A stretch of 64,000 nt of DNA from Euprymna scolopes (taxonomy: Eukaryota). Every line of letters starts with the position of its first letter. Positions within the stretch are counted from its first letter, which is position 1. Location: the NCBI GenBank assembly GCA_053919585.1, contig CM132785.1. One strand, 5' to 3'. The notes below the pieces were generated by a model, which was not told the origin of the DNA, did no database searches, and saw nothing but the letters and a program-made list of their open reading frames with translations. A program made the position numbers and the translations under genes. This document shows, in pieces, positions 62,671 through 64,000 of the stretch.

Positions 62671-64000
62671 TCTGAAATAAAGAATTAAAAAATCAAATAC
62701 ATGGTTTTACTAAAGCTTTTACGCCATAGCGGGGACGGCTATCAGCAAATACCGAACCGTTGACGAAATGACGTCACGGTAAGGAAAAAGAAGACTATAA
62801 AAAAGAAAGAGCACGTCTGAGAAGATGATCACGTAAGATACGTAGATAACGTTCGAGAAAACGATCACGTGAGACGTCACAGCTGTAAGGAGAAGTCATG
62901 AGTGGCGAGCGAACGAGGAAATAAATATCGTTGTACAAAAATAAACGAGTTGAAATCCTTTTCGTATTCTTTGTTTATTTTGCAACTGAGGTTACAACGT
63001 TGTTAACGTGGGTACCGTTACACGTGCGTTTATTAACCATTTGATAACAAACTTAACTAACAAAATGAAGCGACCAGTACTTTGTAACAGAAAAAAAAAA
63101 CATAAAAGAATAAAATATAGTAAATATCATATTTTTTACATAATCATTTCTCGCACAACTGTAGTATAGCCTTTCACCTCCTGGTTGGGGCGAGCACCCC
63201 AGGTTGGGAAGGTCTTGGATATGACCTAAAACTATATCCGATGGTGAGGCCCCACCTTGCTGGCCTTGGGGAGTGTGTAGCGACTCTTTAATTGCTATTG
63301 CTCCCAGGTCCACTCTGACCCAGAGTGTTAGTACCTGTTAGGGTCCCAACTATGGGTTAAATAGAATCCGACTTAAAAAACAAATATACTCCATTAAAAA
63401 TCGTTCCTCAAAATAACTAGATTCGACATTAAATAACCTGAAAAAGTTGTGCCGTAAAACAAAAACAACCAACTAACCAGGTTGGGAACATCTGCGTAAG
63501 AGAAACAAAACTTGATTATTACAGATGTATCCAAATAGTATGTACATAAGATTAACCGATCGACAAACCGACGGACAAAGCCACTCACAGAATTCCATAG
63601 ACGTATCTAAGACCAAAACTGAAAATCCAATAAAGCAGCCTTAGAATTGTATCTCTGAAAATTCATAATAACTTTCTTATTTGTCAACAATGGCTATGCT
63701 TAGAACTATTCAACTACAGGTGTTGCGACAGGAAATCCAAGAAGCCAAACGGAATTTGTGGAAATTGTTCTTGAAGTATTAAGACTATTTGAATTAATAA
63801 CTAAACATTAAGAATCCGATCAAAGGATTCGGTAGAAACAGAAGAAAATATTTCTTTCATTATTTGTTTATCTTTTGTCTACACGCATTATCTTTATTCT
63901 TGTAAAATAATATTTATTCTTGTAAAAGTCATTGAAACCAATAATTAATATTAAAGGAATCTAAAAGACACTGAATTAAGAAAGGATTTTTTTTTGTAAT

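Noticed and set aside
62755-63000. Solo LTR (TATA-like and AATAAA motifs); similar segments at 33895-34200 and 4630-4940
   Set aside because: No paired LTR, clear TG...CA ends with TSD, or PBS could be established.

Overview
AT-rich, repeat-saturated eukaryotic (animal, invertebrate-like; the repeat style suggests a mollusc or cephalopod, but that is only an inference) non-genic or intronic DNA. It contains long (TA)n/(TG)n/(GA)n microsatellites and 14 N-runs of 134-255 nt. I found no intact host protein-coding gene: the ORF track consists of microsatellite translations, N read-throughs and decayed transposon pieces. Recognisable content includes fragments of R4/Dong-type RLE LINEs and CR1/L2/Jockey-group LINEs, a decayed hAT (Buster/ZBED-type) transposase, several non-autonomous Helitron families, MITEs, 5S- and tRNA-derived SINEs, and an (AACC)n-tailed SINE. 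The most striking signal, which the ORF track does not show, is a very dense population of type I hammerhead ribozyme (HHR) motifs. About 12 retain the CUGANGA...GAAA...UH core and about 8 more are decayed, from many unrelated sequence families. Nearly all abut (TA)n tracts, and several occur as head-to-head inverted pairs, as expected for Penelope-like-element pseudo-LTRs. At least two families fuse a tRNA-derived Pol III promoter directly upstream of the ribozyme. One of these forms 322-bp tandem units (retrozyme-like) with a single oligo-T terminator just after the cleavage site.
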